A stretch of DNA of 64,000 bases from the human T2T-CHM13v2.0 reference genome, Homo sapiens. The translations under genes were made by a program, and so were the position numbers. Shown in pieces: positions 46,545 through 57,999 of the stretch (position 1 is the first letter of the stretch; each line of letters starts with the position of its first letter). Location of the stretch: assembly GCF_009914755.1 (NCBI RefSeq), contig NC_060928.1; one strand, written 5' to 3'. The notes below the pieces were generated by a model. It was not told where the DNA came from. It worked only from the letters and a program-made list of their open reading frames with translations, and searched no databases.

Positions 46545-46563
46545 TACTGCCATCTTGTGGTTA
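46545..46563 (-). promoter_or_regulatory. CTCF motif (overlapping YY1-like AAGATGGC)
   Basis: Minus strand TAACCACAAGATGGCAGTA versus core CCASYAGRKGGCRS (one mismatch). Confidence 0.55.
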
Positions 46564-49134
46564 CCATAATTGAAGGAAAAAATTCTAATGCTCTAGACAA
46601 CAAAAAAAAGATTGAGATGTTATATGCTATTTTATCCATTTTAATTGCAACATACCTCATTAAAGAGACAGTATGATACACGATGTTTTTTAGTGAAAAT
46701 ATGTACATGAGTATTAGAGCATTCAGGAAGATGATCCCTGTTCCACACTTCATCAAAATCCAGCAGTAAATGAAAAATGTAAAGTTTTAATCTAAAATAA
46801 AAATGTGAGTCTGCACATGATAGACAATTATGTAGAAAACTAAGTGGAAGCATTAACAATTTCTTATACCTACCCCTACTTCAGCAATTTATCTTCATTT
46901 TTTTTAATGCTAAGAATTTGTAGAGGATCATAATTCAGTAGGTTCAAATATTTCTAACTCTGAGGTGACATGTTTGCCACACATCTCAATAGCCCATGTC
47001 AGCACCGGAAATTGGCCAAGACCTACCAATAACCAGAAACAGATTTGAAGTAAATGCTTCTCTCAGATCTGTATGGCACATGTTGTCCTCAATATTCTTT
47101 TCCTTGACATGTGACAAATTTGCAAATTCTGCATTTTTAAGATTCACATGGTAGAGCCAGTAAAACACTGGCAGTGAGATCCAATAAGCACATCTAAGAA
47201 CACTTTGTTCTGAAAGTATAAAGCAAAAAATATAACTCTGCTTCTCTGTCAAGATATGTGACATTATTTAAAGCAAAATTAGTGTTTTGAGAAGTGGTTT
47301 CAAGGTATATTTATCTGAATGCATTTGATCGAGGAAAGCAGCTCACTAAAAACTTATTTTAAAAATGAGGTGTTCAAAAAGAACATTTTCTCCTCATAAG
47401 ATTTGTATTGGTCTGAAGTGCAAAACCTTAAATAATGGTAGAAAACACTCCACCTGGTGGTAGAAGAAAAAGGGTAGCAGCTCTATGCAAAAGATCTTCA
47501 GACAAAAAGATGGAGTGAATGAACAGAATACAAGCCTAGCTAGAAACCATGTCAGATACTTCACTGCAGTTGCTGAGCATCCTAAAAGCAAAATCCAGAC
47601 AGAATCTGTCTCTCTATAAATCTTTCCACCCCTTTCCATTACTAGGTGGGTACTGTTGGCTCTAAGCCATCTGATTTTACTATGATTTATTAACTGCTAT
47701 GCATTATATATGAGATTCAGGTTTGCTGAAGAGTTACCCTTATGGTCATTGTTGCATACAAATCAGCTACTGTTAGAGAGGTTTATTGCATCATTTTATG
47801 CTGCTAGCACTTCTGTTAGGCAGTGGTATAATATGTAACTGGAAAAGAAAACCCCTCCTGTTATATTTTCCCTTATACGTTACTAGCACATGCAGTGCAC
47901 GTTAAGAACAATAGTCTTTTGTTCTGTTCTGTTTATAAAAAGAAGAAAAAGCATCCAGAACAATGGGTGAGAAGAAACAAAAACCTGTCGCCTAAATCAA
48001 GGGATTGGTATTCTCCAAATCATTGCTACCGCATTGAGCCATTTTCTCTGGTAAGACCAACTGAAACGTGAGAAAGAGCAATAATGTGAGCAAAACCAAT
48101 TTACTCTTGGTAGGAAATTGGAAAAAACGGTAGCAGAGATCTAAGCAGATCTGTCTCTGAAATAAGCTACCACAAAACAGTATTTCCACACTCTTTTTAC
48201 ATTGAGACATTCGATTAACTAAGTAATTCAACTCGAATTTCTAGCCCAGCTCTCAGTACAATGACTTGACAGCTTGCCTTTAGCACTTCGCTTGTATGTT
48301 TGCTCATAACTGGCATAAACAATCAAGACAAAAGCAACACATTACCTAAATGGCCTTGGTTTACCTGCAACAAAAGGCAGAATGGATATTGTCTTACATA
48401 CCCAGCAGAAAGGGAAAAGGCATGGCTGACCATATTTTTTTTTTTTAAAGCAGGGGAAGGAGGGCTGTTTTCCTTCCTTTCTGAAATTTTGCCATGTTAC
48501 TCTAACTGCAAGCATTGCTATCAACTTCAATGTGGCATATGTTATTAAGTGTTTCTGAAGAAAGACATTAGTATTAGGTAACAGCATTATGACTAAGAAG
48601 AATGAGTCAAATATTCTGCACTCCCAGCTTTAGTAAGACTTCTGCAGGCATACTAGAAACATCTACTGAGATATATGTAAAATGACTTTAGAATCTCAAC
48701 AATGTAGATATAAATACATGTTTGTATTTCTGTTTTAAAAATTTTGTGTAAGTCATCCTTGAATGCATTTCCTAATATTTTTAAATAGCTTGATTTCCTC
48801 TTAACTAATTGCGTGGCATGGTGAAAAAGTTTTCAATGTAGTTTAGTATAAAACCATTTATTGGATTCCCACTGTGTGCCTACTGATAACTTTTAAGCAT
48901 AACAGAGATGAATGGTTGTTAGTTGAGCTCAGAGATTCTTAATGTCTTCAAGTCTCTGATTTTTATAGAAATTTTCCATGTATAATGAGTTTTATCTCAC
49001 AAAAACTGCCAGAGAGAGGAGATGCTTAGAAGGAAAATGAGACCTTGAAGAAGGAGAGGGCAGACAACATGAACCAAGAGAGTAAATTGTTCTCCTGCAT
49101 GGGTAACTTTGAAAAGTATCAATGATAGGTTATA

Positions 49135-49136
<2 letters not shown>

Positions 49137-49166
<30 letters not shown>
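49137..49166 (+). repeat. A30 homopolymer without a recognisable retroelement
   Basis: 30 consecutive A residues; no upstream Alu or L1 body and no TSD seen. Confidence 0.9.
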
Positions 49167-49169
<3 letters not shown>

Positions 49170-50149
49170 ATATTCTATGATGTCATCAATGCCTTGAAAC
49201 TCAAGACTTTTCCAGTTTCCTGGATCAATGGCTTGAGAAATGTCCTAAATACAGGGTCACAATTTTGTGTGATAACCATCCCATATCCCCCCTCTGCCCC
49301 CGAAATTTTCCTTTAAGGGGGATATTGTTTTCCTTCCCAAAGGGTATATGATTCGGAGATGTGGAAAACGCATCTCCTGAAAAGAAACTATTAATTGGCA
49401 TATGATATTATTATAAGGCTTTATTTTCCTTTGGAAAAAACCCAAAAACCAAAGAATTACCAATTTTTAAACGATTTTCAAAATGAGTAACTGAAAAATC
49501 TCAGAAGCAACCCCCAAACTATTGCGTCACGCAGTTTGTGGGTATTTTAGTGTCTTTTTAAAAATCAGTGTGTATGATCTCTATTTTCTGGGTGACTAAC
49601 ATTAATTAAAATGAACTGCACAATCAGAGAGTGAAGATAAATATGCACCGCTTATTCCAGTTTTTCTTTCTTCCAATGACACTATTTAGACTGATAAACA
49701 TCACTTGGCCTTGGCAATCTAGACGCACAGGCCTGTGAATAAGCCCTAATTAAGTTAAGTGGTATCTCTCCAAGGACATCTGCTACCAAAAGTTTCAAAT
49801 ATCCACAACAAAACATAATATTCCTACCTCCAGAAACATGATTAATATAGAAATATTTTTCTCCAAAAGGGTAAAGTTAGGATTTGAGATATTGCTTCCT
49901 TTATTTTAGAGCTACAAAACTTCCAGTCTTATGTCACTTCTTTTTTTCTGTTTCAGTTATTTACATCGTCTTACTCCACACACAGTTTGACAGGTATAAT
50001 TAAAATGAATGTAAACAATCAAACAGAAAAGCATTATTATGCAGTAGAGGCTGGAAGAAAATCTAACATTTTTTTTTCTCTTTGGTGAGGAAGTGGCTTA
50101 GTTAAACTTTCCCTCGACCTCTATTGATTTATGATACACTTCCTTTCAG

Positions 50150-50437
50150 ATGGTGTCTCTACAAAGCAAAGTGAAATGGACGGTTTTCCAGCTAATTTGT
50201 TTTGTATGGACAGCCAAGCTGGACACTTGCAGACCACAAAGTCTGTGAATGAGAACCTGGGAGCTGACATGAGAAGAATTGAGCTGGAGCCTTTTGCCAT
50301 CACTGAATAAATAACTTACCCTCTTGAATCCTTACCTGTACAACTGGCATAAGACACCAGCCTGCCTTTCACACAGCTTGTGATCTAATAAGATAATGCT
50401 TATGTACCTGTTTTAATATAAATAGACTGATATTAAA
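50150..50437 (+). other. candidate terminal exon with poly(A) signals
   Basis: Acceptor CACTTCCTTTCAG|ATG; AATAAA at 50306-50311 and ATTAAA at 50432-50437. Confidence 0.4.
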
Positions 50438-53400
50438 ATGGCACATAACACAATCATTTTTACTACATCAGTCTTCATTATAAATTATTTTATATGTATT
50501 GATAGGACTGAGTTGCTAGATTTTCAAATGAATGTTTGATGAGTTACACCAAGATAATACAAGCATTTTTAATATTTATAGACAAAAAAGTTTATTTTTC
50601 ATATTTCTGATGATGAGAGAAAGATTCTTATTTTGTCTGTTATTAAATAAGCTGGATGTACACAAGTTTTCACATTTTCTGATTAAAAAAAGATTTTAAA
50701 AGAAAAAAAATGTTAATCAAATGCCCGTATGGGGAGAAGTAAAATTGTTGTTGTGGCAAAGTTAAAGTGCACCTCTCTCAACAACACTGAATTTTTGCAA
50801 ACACTGAGTATTTACTTGGTTCAGCCAATGTTAGTTGTAAGTTTAAGGTAATTATAGTACTTGAATGGTATAGAGGAGGATAGCTATTACAAATTGGGGG
50901 AGAAGGAAAGGAACTTCAGTGGTCTCGGAAAATTTAAGACAGAATTTGACCGTTCTTGTTTTTTAAAAACACGATGCCCCATCATCCTTTGATCCACCAG
51001 TAAGAATATGAAGCTGCACCCCACAAGCTACATAGCATAAGGTGATTTAATGCATTGTCTATATTTTATACTATATTACAATGCAGCTTACACATATTCA
51101 AAACAATTGTTAGGCTACAGCTTTGTCACATTGTGCATTATTTACAATCACTTGTAAATCCAGAAAAATACACACGCGGAGAAATGAAAGCAGGAGGTAG
51201 AGATTGTTTTAATGTGATTATATTGGCATCTGATATGATAGTGCTTTGGACCATATTGACATGAGTGAGGATTCTAAGTAGCAACTGTTCAATACCATCC
51301 GTTGGACTTCTCTGATAGACCACTTAACTATCTCAGCTTTTCCAGTGATCATCTCATTTATCTAGGATTATTGCACTGAATTTACTGTTTGGTTTTCTTC
51401 CAGAACTGAAATGTCAAGTCCAGTGTCATGTATGCAGTAGCTTTGTGCTGTGAGAGCTTCACAGATCCCCCAAAAGCTGCTAGCAGTTGATCTTTGGATA
51501 GAGCTAGAAATAAATAAATCCTCTTTAGCAGATCAATATTCATCCCATTTAATGCTTGATGTGAAACTTGTGGATTTGTGGTGGTAATGCTGATGTACAG
51601 CTAATCGTTGAAAATGGGCATTAGGGCTTTTATAGCATGGCAACATATTGTCAGGCAGGAAGGGAAAGAAGTGGAAAACACAGCCTGGAAAAAAAATATG
51701 GTAAGTTTATATAAATTTGCTGCATATTCGGAATCCACTTGGGGGGTTTTACTATGCAATACTAGAAGCTAATAATGTGGACAACAAACAGATCTGCTCT
51801 GTAAAAGAAATCTCTGTGGCCTTTCCTTGGTTTGCCACTCTTTGTTAGACTATGTATAAAAATGATGTATCTAACTCGTTTTGAGACCCTGGTGTTAAAG
51901 AAATCGATACTGAAAATTTTTTCTTTTGTTGATTGTTACAAGTTTCAATAATTACAGCACAAAAACCAGTTTCACATTAAAAACTATAACTTGGAGAAAC
52001 AATGGAGTTTTCACACTAGAAATTCATACTAAAAATTTTAAAAAATGAATGAGAGTTTCATACTCAAAAGAATGGAGTATAAAACCGTGTCCTGAATAAA
52101 CTCAAACTGACAAGAAAGACATCCTGCTAGTGAGAGAAGTTGAAAATATGGCTAGTGCCAATGGCTATTTTTTTTTCTAGTCGTTGGTGTGAGAGTCATG
52201 TCACACATTTCTTAGATTGCAAGAGTAAAATTTATCCTTTTCAATTCTACAATTTTATTTTTTGCTATAGATATATGATAATTCCTACTGTCATGGTGTC
52301 AGATAAAGCAAGCTGGTGCCCGGCATTCTTTGCATGCAATAACTTTTAGCCCGACCACATAAGCTGTAATACAGACACTTGTGGTCATCAATGGTATATT
52401 TTCAACCCATATTTCTTGATTATTAATTTAATATAATGCAAGCAAAATGTGCATATGATCCTTGTGTGAAAACTTTGACTTCTCAATGTTCTTACAGATT
52501 CAGGCTGCCCCTGCTGAATTTTAGAGAGCGTCAAAACTTATTGGTTAAAGGGATGCCTTTATGAGTAAAACATGAGAAATATTCACTTACTGTAAGTATT
52601 GAAACTAGAGAACTGATATTGATTTGTTTTCCCTGGATAAATGATATTCTTTCTTAAATAGGTTTCCTTTACATTTACTGAGAAATGAAACACTATAATC
52701 TTTACATGGTGGGAGAGGTCGTTAAGCCTAAAATATGCAGAGTAACATCTGCTGGGTACAGATATTTGGGGGACTTCTCAGAAGTGTCAGCTTCCATTGT
52801 GCAAGTCCTAAACTTTACAACTGATTAATATTTTCCCCTGGTAAGGGATCTTGGGCAGTCACAGTTCCCCTGGTTTGCAAAGGCTGACAGATGAGCAAGG
52901 AGGTCATGGTCACAAGATAATGTTTATCTGGTGAAGAGTAAATCAGTAAACAGGGGAGGAAAGGTATGTTTATGCTGGAGGCCATGGAAGTTGGGAAACA
53001 GTAATGTGCAAAGCAGAAGATAACAATTGGGAAAGTGTGTGTGTGGGTGTGGCTGCAATAGTATACACCTGTGAGTTCATGCACATACATGCAGAAATAC
53101 ATCCAGTTAATCTGGATATGCCAAGAGGCATAATAATATATGAATGTATAAGCAGAGACACAATCCATTATGTTATGTGTTGATGTGTGTGTGAGTGCAT
53201 ATATACAAATGGGATATCTTAGTCCTCTTCTAGGGCTTGAAAAGACAAATGTATTTAAAAATATCTGTCCTGAAAGTAAAAACCTTAAAGTTTGTATTAA
53301 TTCATGAATAACTGAATAACAAACACAGAAGGTAGGGTGTCTTCTTTCTACCTTTATATTTTGAGGTTGATATCAGAGAAGATGAACAGCCTTTTGCTCT

Positions 53401-55882
53401 ACACAGCAAACCTTTTTAACCTGAAGAATGTTGTGCTGATTGACCTACTGTGACAATTCTCACATACATCTAAAATGATACATAAGTCAAGGATTTTGTA
53501 ATTTTCAATCCAGAAATTAAATATTTTCCAAGTTCTGGACATTTCATTTATAGGAGATTATTATTAGGAACGTCACAGTTGGCACATTATTTGATATACT
53601 GGGTCATTAGAAAACTAGTAAGCAATACTATTTCACAATAGTTATTCACTATATTTATTATTATTCACAATTAATAATGTAACCATTATTCACAATAGTT
53701 ACATTCTCCCACTTGAGTTCTGGAAAGTACTATTCATGTAGCTTCTCAGGAATAAAGAGAAAATATGTCCCCAAGCACAAGTGGAACAACTTGCTTCATA
53801 TTCTCCTCTCAGTTACCATGTTGCTCATCTAAAGAGAAGATTTCGAAGAATTTTTTAAAAAGCAGATGTTACTAGGTTTACCATTTTCTGTGTGCTGGCT
53901 ACTCAGAATCCAAGATACAAATGATGCATTTGCCCTTATGATTTTTCTCACTGATTTAACAAATAGTTATTGAACACATTTTGTGTGCTAGCCAAGATGT
54001 GGCTCTTGGTCAAGATGTCACACCTCTTATTTTCGCTTTTCCTTTAGTCCCTGAAACATTGGTATGTATGTGCATATTTTTCAGATGTCCATATTTGTCA
54101 ACCAAATCATTTGTGGAGCAATATCAAGTATAAATAATACAAAGATGGTTGGGGTGGTGAATGGGTGAACAATTAAAGCATATTCTATCAAGACATGCAT
54201 ATGGATACATGGATATATAGACAGCCAGTGGGTAGTGTGAAGAGACTTATGTTATTATGGGTTCCTGGCTACTCACAAACTGCAGAGTTTTGCCAATTCT
54301 CCTAGATCAGAACCCACTAGGTGAGCAACAGATTACATTCTTCTATGGGAAACAAAAACTATCCAGGCTGCACTACTTACAGAAAGAAGCAGGGTCAGCT
54401 TCCTAAATTAGAGAAAATAAGACCTAAATTTTTACTAGAAATTAAGTAATTTGAGCACCCACATGTAGGTAGAAAGGTAAATTAAAGGGAAAATTCAATA
54501 ACTCAGAAACTCTCCTTAGAGAGGGCTAGAGAGGAAAAATGTATGTAGAATACATTTATGTTGTTCAGAATATGTGTGCTTATTATAGAACCGAAAATCA
54601 GGTTATAGTCAGGGAGTAAGCCCTTCAGCCTATCTCTCTGGAATGAAAGGCTTCAAAGGTAATATATTACCCTGAACAATGCATTGTTTGATAATGTGTC
54701 TTCCAGGGGATTTAGAATCATTAAATGATGGAATCACATAATTTTATGTGGGGTTGGGATTCAACCAACCGCACCTAAAATTAGTTGGGGTTCAACTTTC
54801 TAAAAGTTCTAATCAAACCAGTGGTGAAATCATGATAGTGAGGTGAGAACTAGGATTGTTTCTCACCAATATTTCAGACTGAATTTCTCACTCATTTCAG
54901 ACCAAATGAGTCCATTTTCTAGAAGGGTTTCTATTGTGAAATGTCTTCCACGGACTAATGTACACAAGGGAGACTTGGCCTTGTGAGTCACTGGCAGACG
55001 GATGCTTTATCAGTGTATTTTGTCTGTGCAAATATAATTTATCATATTTTAACTAAAATTTGCCAGAAGAAATACTATTTAAATGTGGAAGTTCATCACT
55101 TTACCTCACTTCCACTAATCCTTGTTAAAATATTATAAATAACGTAGAGCTTAGAGTTGCAAAACAGAGACCTAACAAGACTTAACCAAAAATCTTTTGT
55201 AAAAGATTCAAGTAAAACCTTACAACAGATAACTAAACCAACATGCTTTGATCCACATGAATTATCTATAGTCTTTATCCTTATCTTTAAAAAATGGGGA
55301 AGAAAAAAAATCCTCATATTTTAAGCAGATTATTTTATAGAGGCTTTTCTCAAAAAAAAAAGAAAGAAAGAAAGAAAATGTCCTTTGAGATTTCAAGATA
55401 TTTCTGTAAGTAACTCTTTTCTAAAGAGAGTTTGATTTGCTCTAGTTTTATGAACCTGCAAGGACTTTTCATCGCTGGAATATGCACAGGTTACTTGCAA
55501 AGCTCCTTGAAAAGATTTGTGCCCTCTTTTTATGAAGACAATGAATGAGTAGGAATTTTATACCACAGACAATGAGCGAGAGACAGGAAGACACTTTGAT
55601 GTTCAAATAATTCGACAAGTTTTGGCATTCTTAAAAAATAATGAAAAGGATCTTTGCCGAAATTTTATTTTGTTTTTGTTCTGTCTTCAGTTCAATAGGC
55701 GGGTTCAGGCAGGAAGTACAGCCTGAGCGACTCAGCCAGATCTAGAGGGATTAGTTACAGCAAGAAGGCTGTTGTGTGAATCTGAGTCACTTTTTTTTTC
55801 TTTTATAGCAATTCCAAAGAAAAATTCACACAAACTAAGCGTGCCCAATCCTATCTTTATGATACCTATATCTGGTCAAAAC

Positions 55883-55913
55883 TTTAGGTGATTTTAACAT
55901 AAAATCACCTAAA
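55883..55913. repeat. perfect 14-bp inverted repeat with 3-nt spacer
   Basis: TTTAGGTGATTTTA-ACA-TAAAATCACCTAAA. Confidence 0.95.
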
Positions 55914-57371
55914 AATCATTTGCAACTTTTTGTAATTATCGTTGTATGGCAATGCTTTATTGGACTCTATAGACACAGGATTTTTTTATTTCTGAATAAA
56001 ATGTGATTTCAGTCATAATATTACATAAAATATTTAGTTTGATTTGGGCTTTGTGCTTTCTCACTATGGTGTCAATTGTTTTTAGAGGTAAGCAATTTGT
56101 AAGGACTGGAAGTAGAAATTAAGCAACCAAGACAAGAAGGCTGTCCTATCAGTTTCAAGAACAACTAAGAGGATGTTAAAGGTGATGTTGTGATCTAAAT
56201 TTTCTACATGTTTTGTAACTGAACTATGTGTGAAATAAAAATTAATTTTCAAAAATATGTTTCTAATTAATATTATTCCAACTTGGGGGAATAAAATCCC
56301 TCCTTTGAAATCTACCAAAACAAAAAATCTGTTCTAAAATATTAGTGAAGATTTTTGTCTGCTATGTCTAAAGTTGCATTACTCACTGAAGTTTACCATT
56401 TTGTCTTCTGCATGCCAAGTAACCCTCAAAGTCTAGAGCAGGCATCAGGCAAATGAACCAACTTAATTAAAAAGTTAATTCTCCAAATTTTAAGCCCTAT
56501 TTTTTTTCACATTGTGTTTTTATTGTATTTGTTTGGAAACGTTCTCTGACTATGGGGTCATGGATTATAACGTTTTAATGGTAAGCAAATCAATGTTAAT
56601 AGTTTTATAATTTTTTTTCCAAATTTTGGTCCCAGACTATTTTACAAATATAGCAATGTCAGTGGTACAAAGAATGCTTATATTCAAAACCTCATGTTAC
56701 AAAAAGAGCTTAGAACATTGGTTTTCTCCCACGAAAACCCCACCACTGATAATGTTAGGAGTAACCCAAAGGATCAGACAACATATCCATTTAATGTATA
56801 TACTGCATAGAACATTTCTTTTTTCTGCCTCATCATTTACCCATTAACTAAAGTTCCATAGTTAATCATTAGTTATTAACACTTAGAAAACTCACTTGGC
56901 CAATTAATAAAAACAGCTCTATTATTGTTGTTACAAAAGCTTGAATATCCCATTTAGTAATATTCACTCTACTAAAATGGAGCTGATAAATTTTAACATT
57001 TCAAGAATTTCCAAAATTTTGTTTGAAATTGTAGTTTGTGTTTGGCTTGAAGATATAAAGGCCAACACAATTTGTTAATATGTGGCATTAGGACAAACCC
57101 TGGTAGGAAAGTAAAGAATGAGAATATTTACTGGAAATTAAAATGCATACTAGTTGTATAATTTGCTAACTGCTTTGCTACAGAAATTGGACAATATTCG
57201 GTATGTAGCAAGATACATTGCAAGCTAAAAATACTTTTTTGGCAATTACCCTGCTATTTAATATAAAAGTAATTTTAGAAAAAATAATTATCAAGATAAT
57301 TGCCTCAATATGTATCTCTGCATGTGCAGAAACATATGACCTCATTTATTTTTATTCTGTTAGATAACTAA

Positions 57372-57391
57372 GCAAACTCTTAAGAGTTTGC
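57372..57391. repeat. perfect 20-bp palindrome
   Basis: GCAAACTCTTAAGAGTTTGC. Confidence 0.95.
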
Positions 57392-57518
57392 CAAAACCTA
57401 TTCTCTGTCTTCACTTAAAATGAAGTAAAAAAAGTATAATGAAAATAACTTGGATCAAAGATAGTTGTAGGAGCCAAGCAAGTAGTGTCTTCCTCTTCCT
57501 TCCCTCTTTCCCATCTAG

Positions 57519-57570
57519 CGTACACACACTCACACGCACACCCACACGCACAAAAACACATGCACTCACA
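57519..57570. repeat. degenerate (CA)n
   Basis: tacacacactcacacgcacacccacacgcaca. Confidence 0.75.
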
Positions 57571-57897
57571 TCCCAAGTATTTTGATTCTTTAAACTAATC
57601 ACCATTGTTTACAGTTTCAATAGCTATGTGTCATTCTCGCCTATTACTGTACAATGCGCAGGTACTATTTGATTTTATTTGCCTACCTGGTCATTGTAGA
57701 AGTAACATTTGTTAGAAACTACCTATAGAAGCATTTAAGTCTTGCTCAACTTGTTTGCTATCTTTTCTTGTAATCTTGTGGGTAGTGAAGTTAAATAGAT
57801 CTGGAGCTGCAATATTATGCAATAATATTTAGAATGTAATTGCACAACAATTGTGACATTTGGGGTCAACGCATTCACATCTGTTTTCTGGTCTAAA

Positions 57898-57916
57898 AGG
57901 ACAGCAGAGGGAGCCC
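57898..57916 (+). promoter_or_regulatory. CTCF-like motif
   Basis: AGGACAGCAGAGGGAGCCC. Confidence 0.4.
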
Positions 57917-57980
57917 CTGCATGACTTAAGAAAACCGAAGGCAGGCAGAACAGAGACTTTTCAGGGTGCGAAGTTACGCA

Positions 57981-57999
57981 TGGTGCCCTCTACTGGAGT
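57981..57999 (-). promoter_or_regulatory. CTCF motif
   Basis: Minus strand ACTCCAGTAGAGGGCACCA, matching core CCASYAGRKGGCRS. Confidence 0.6.
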
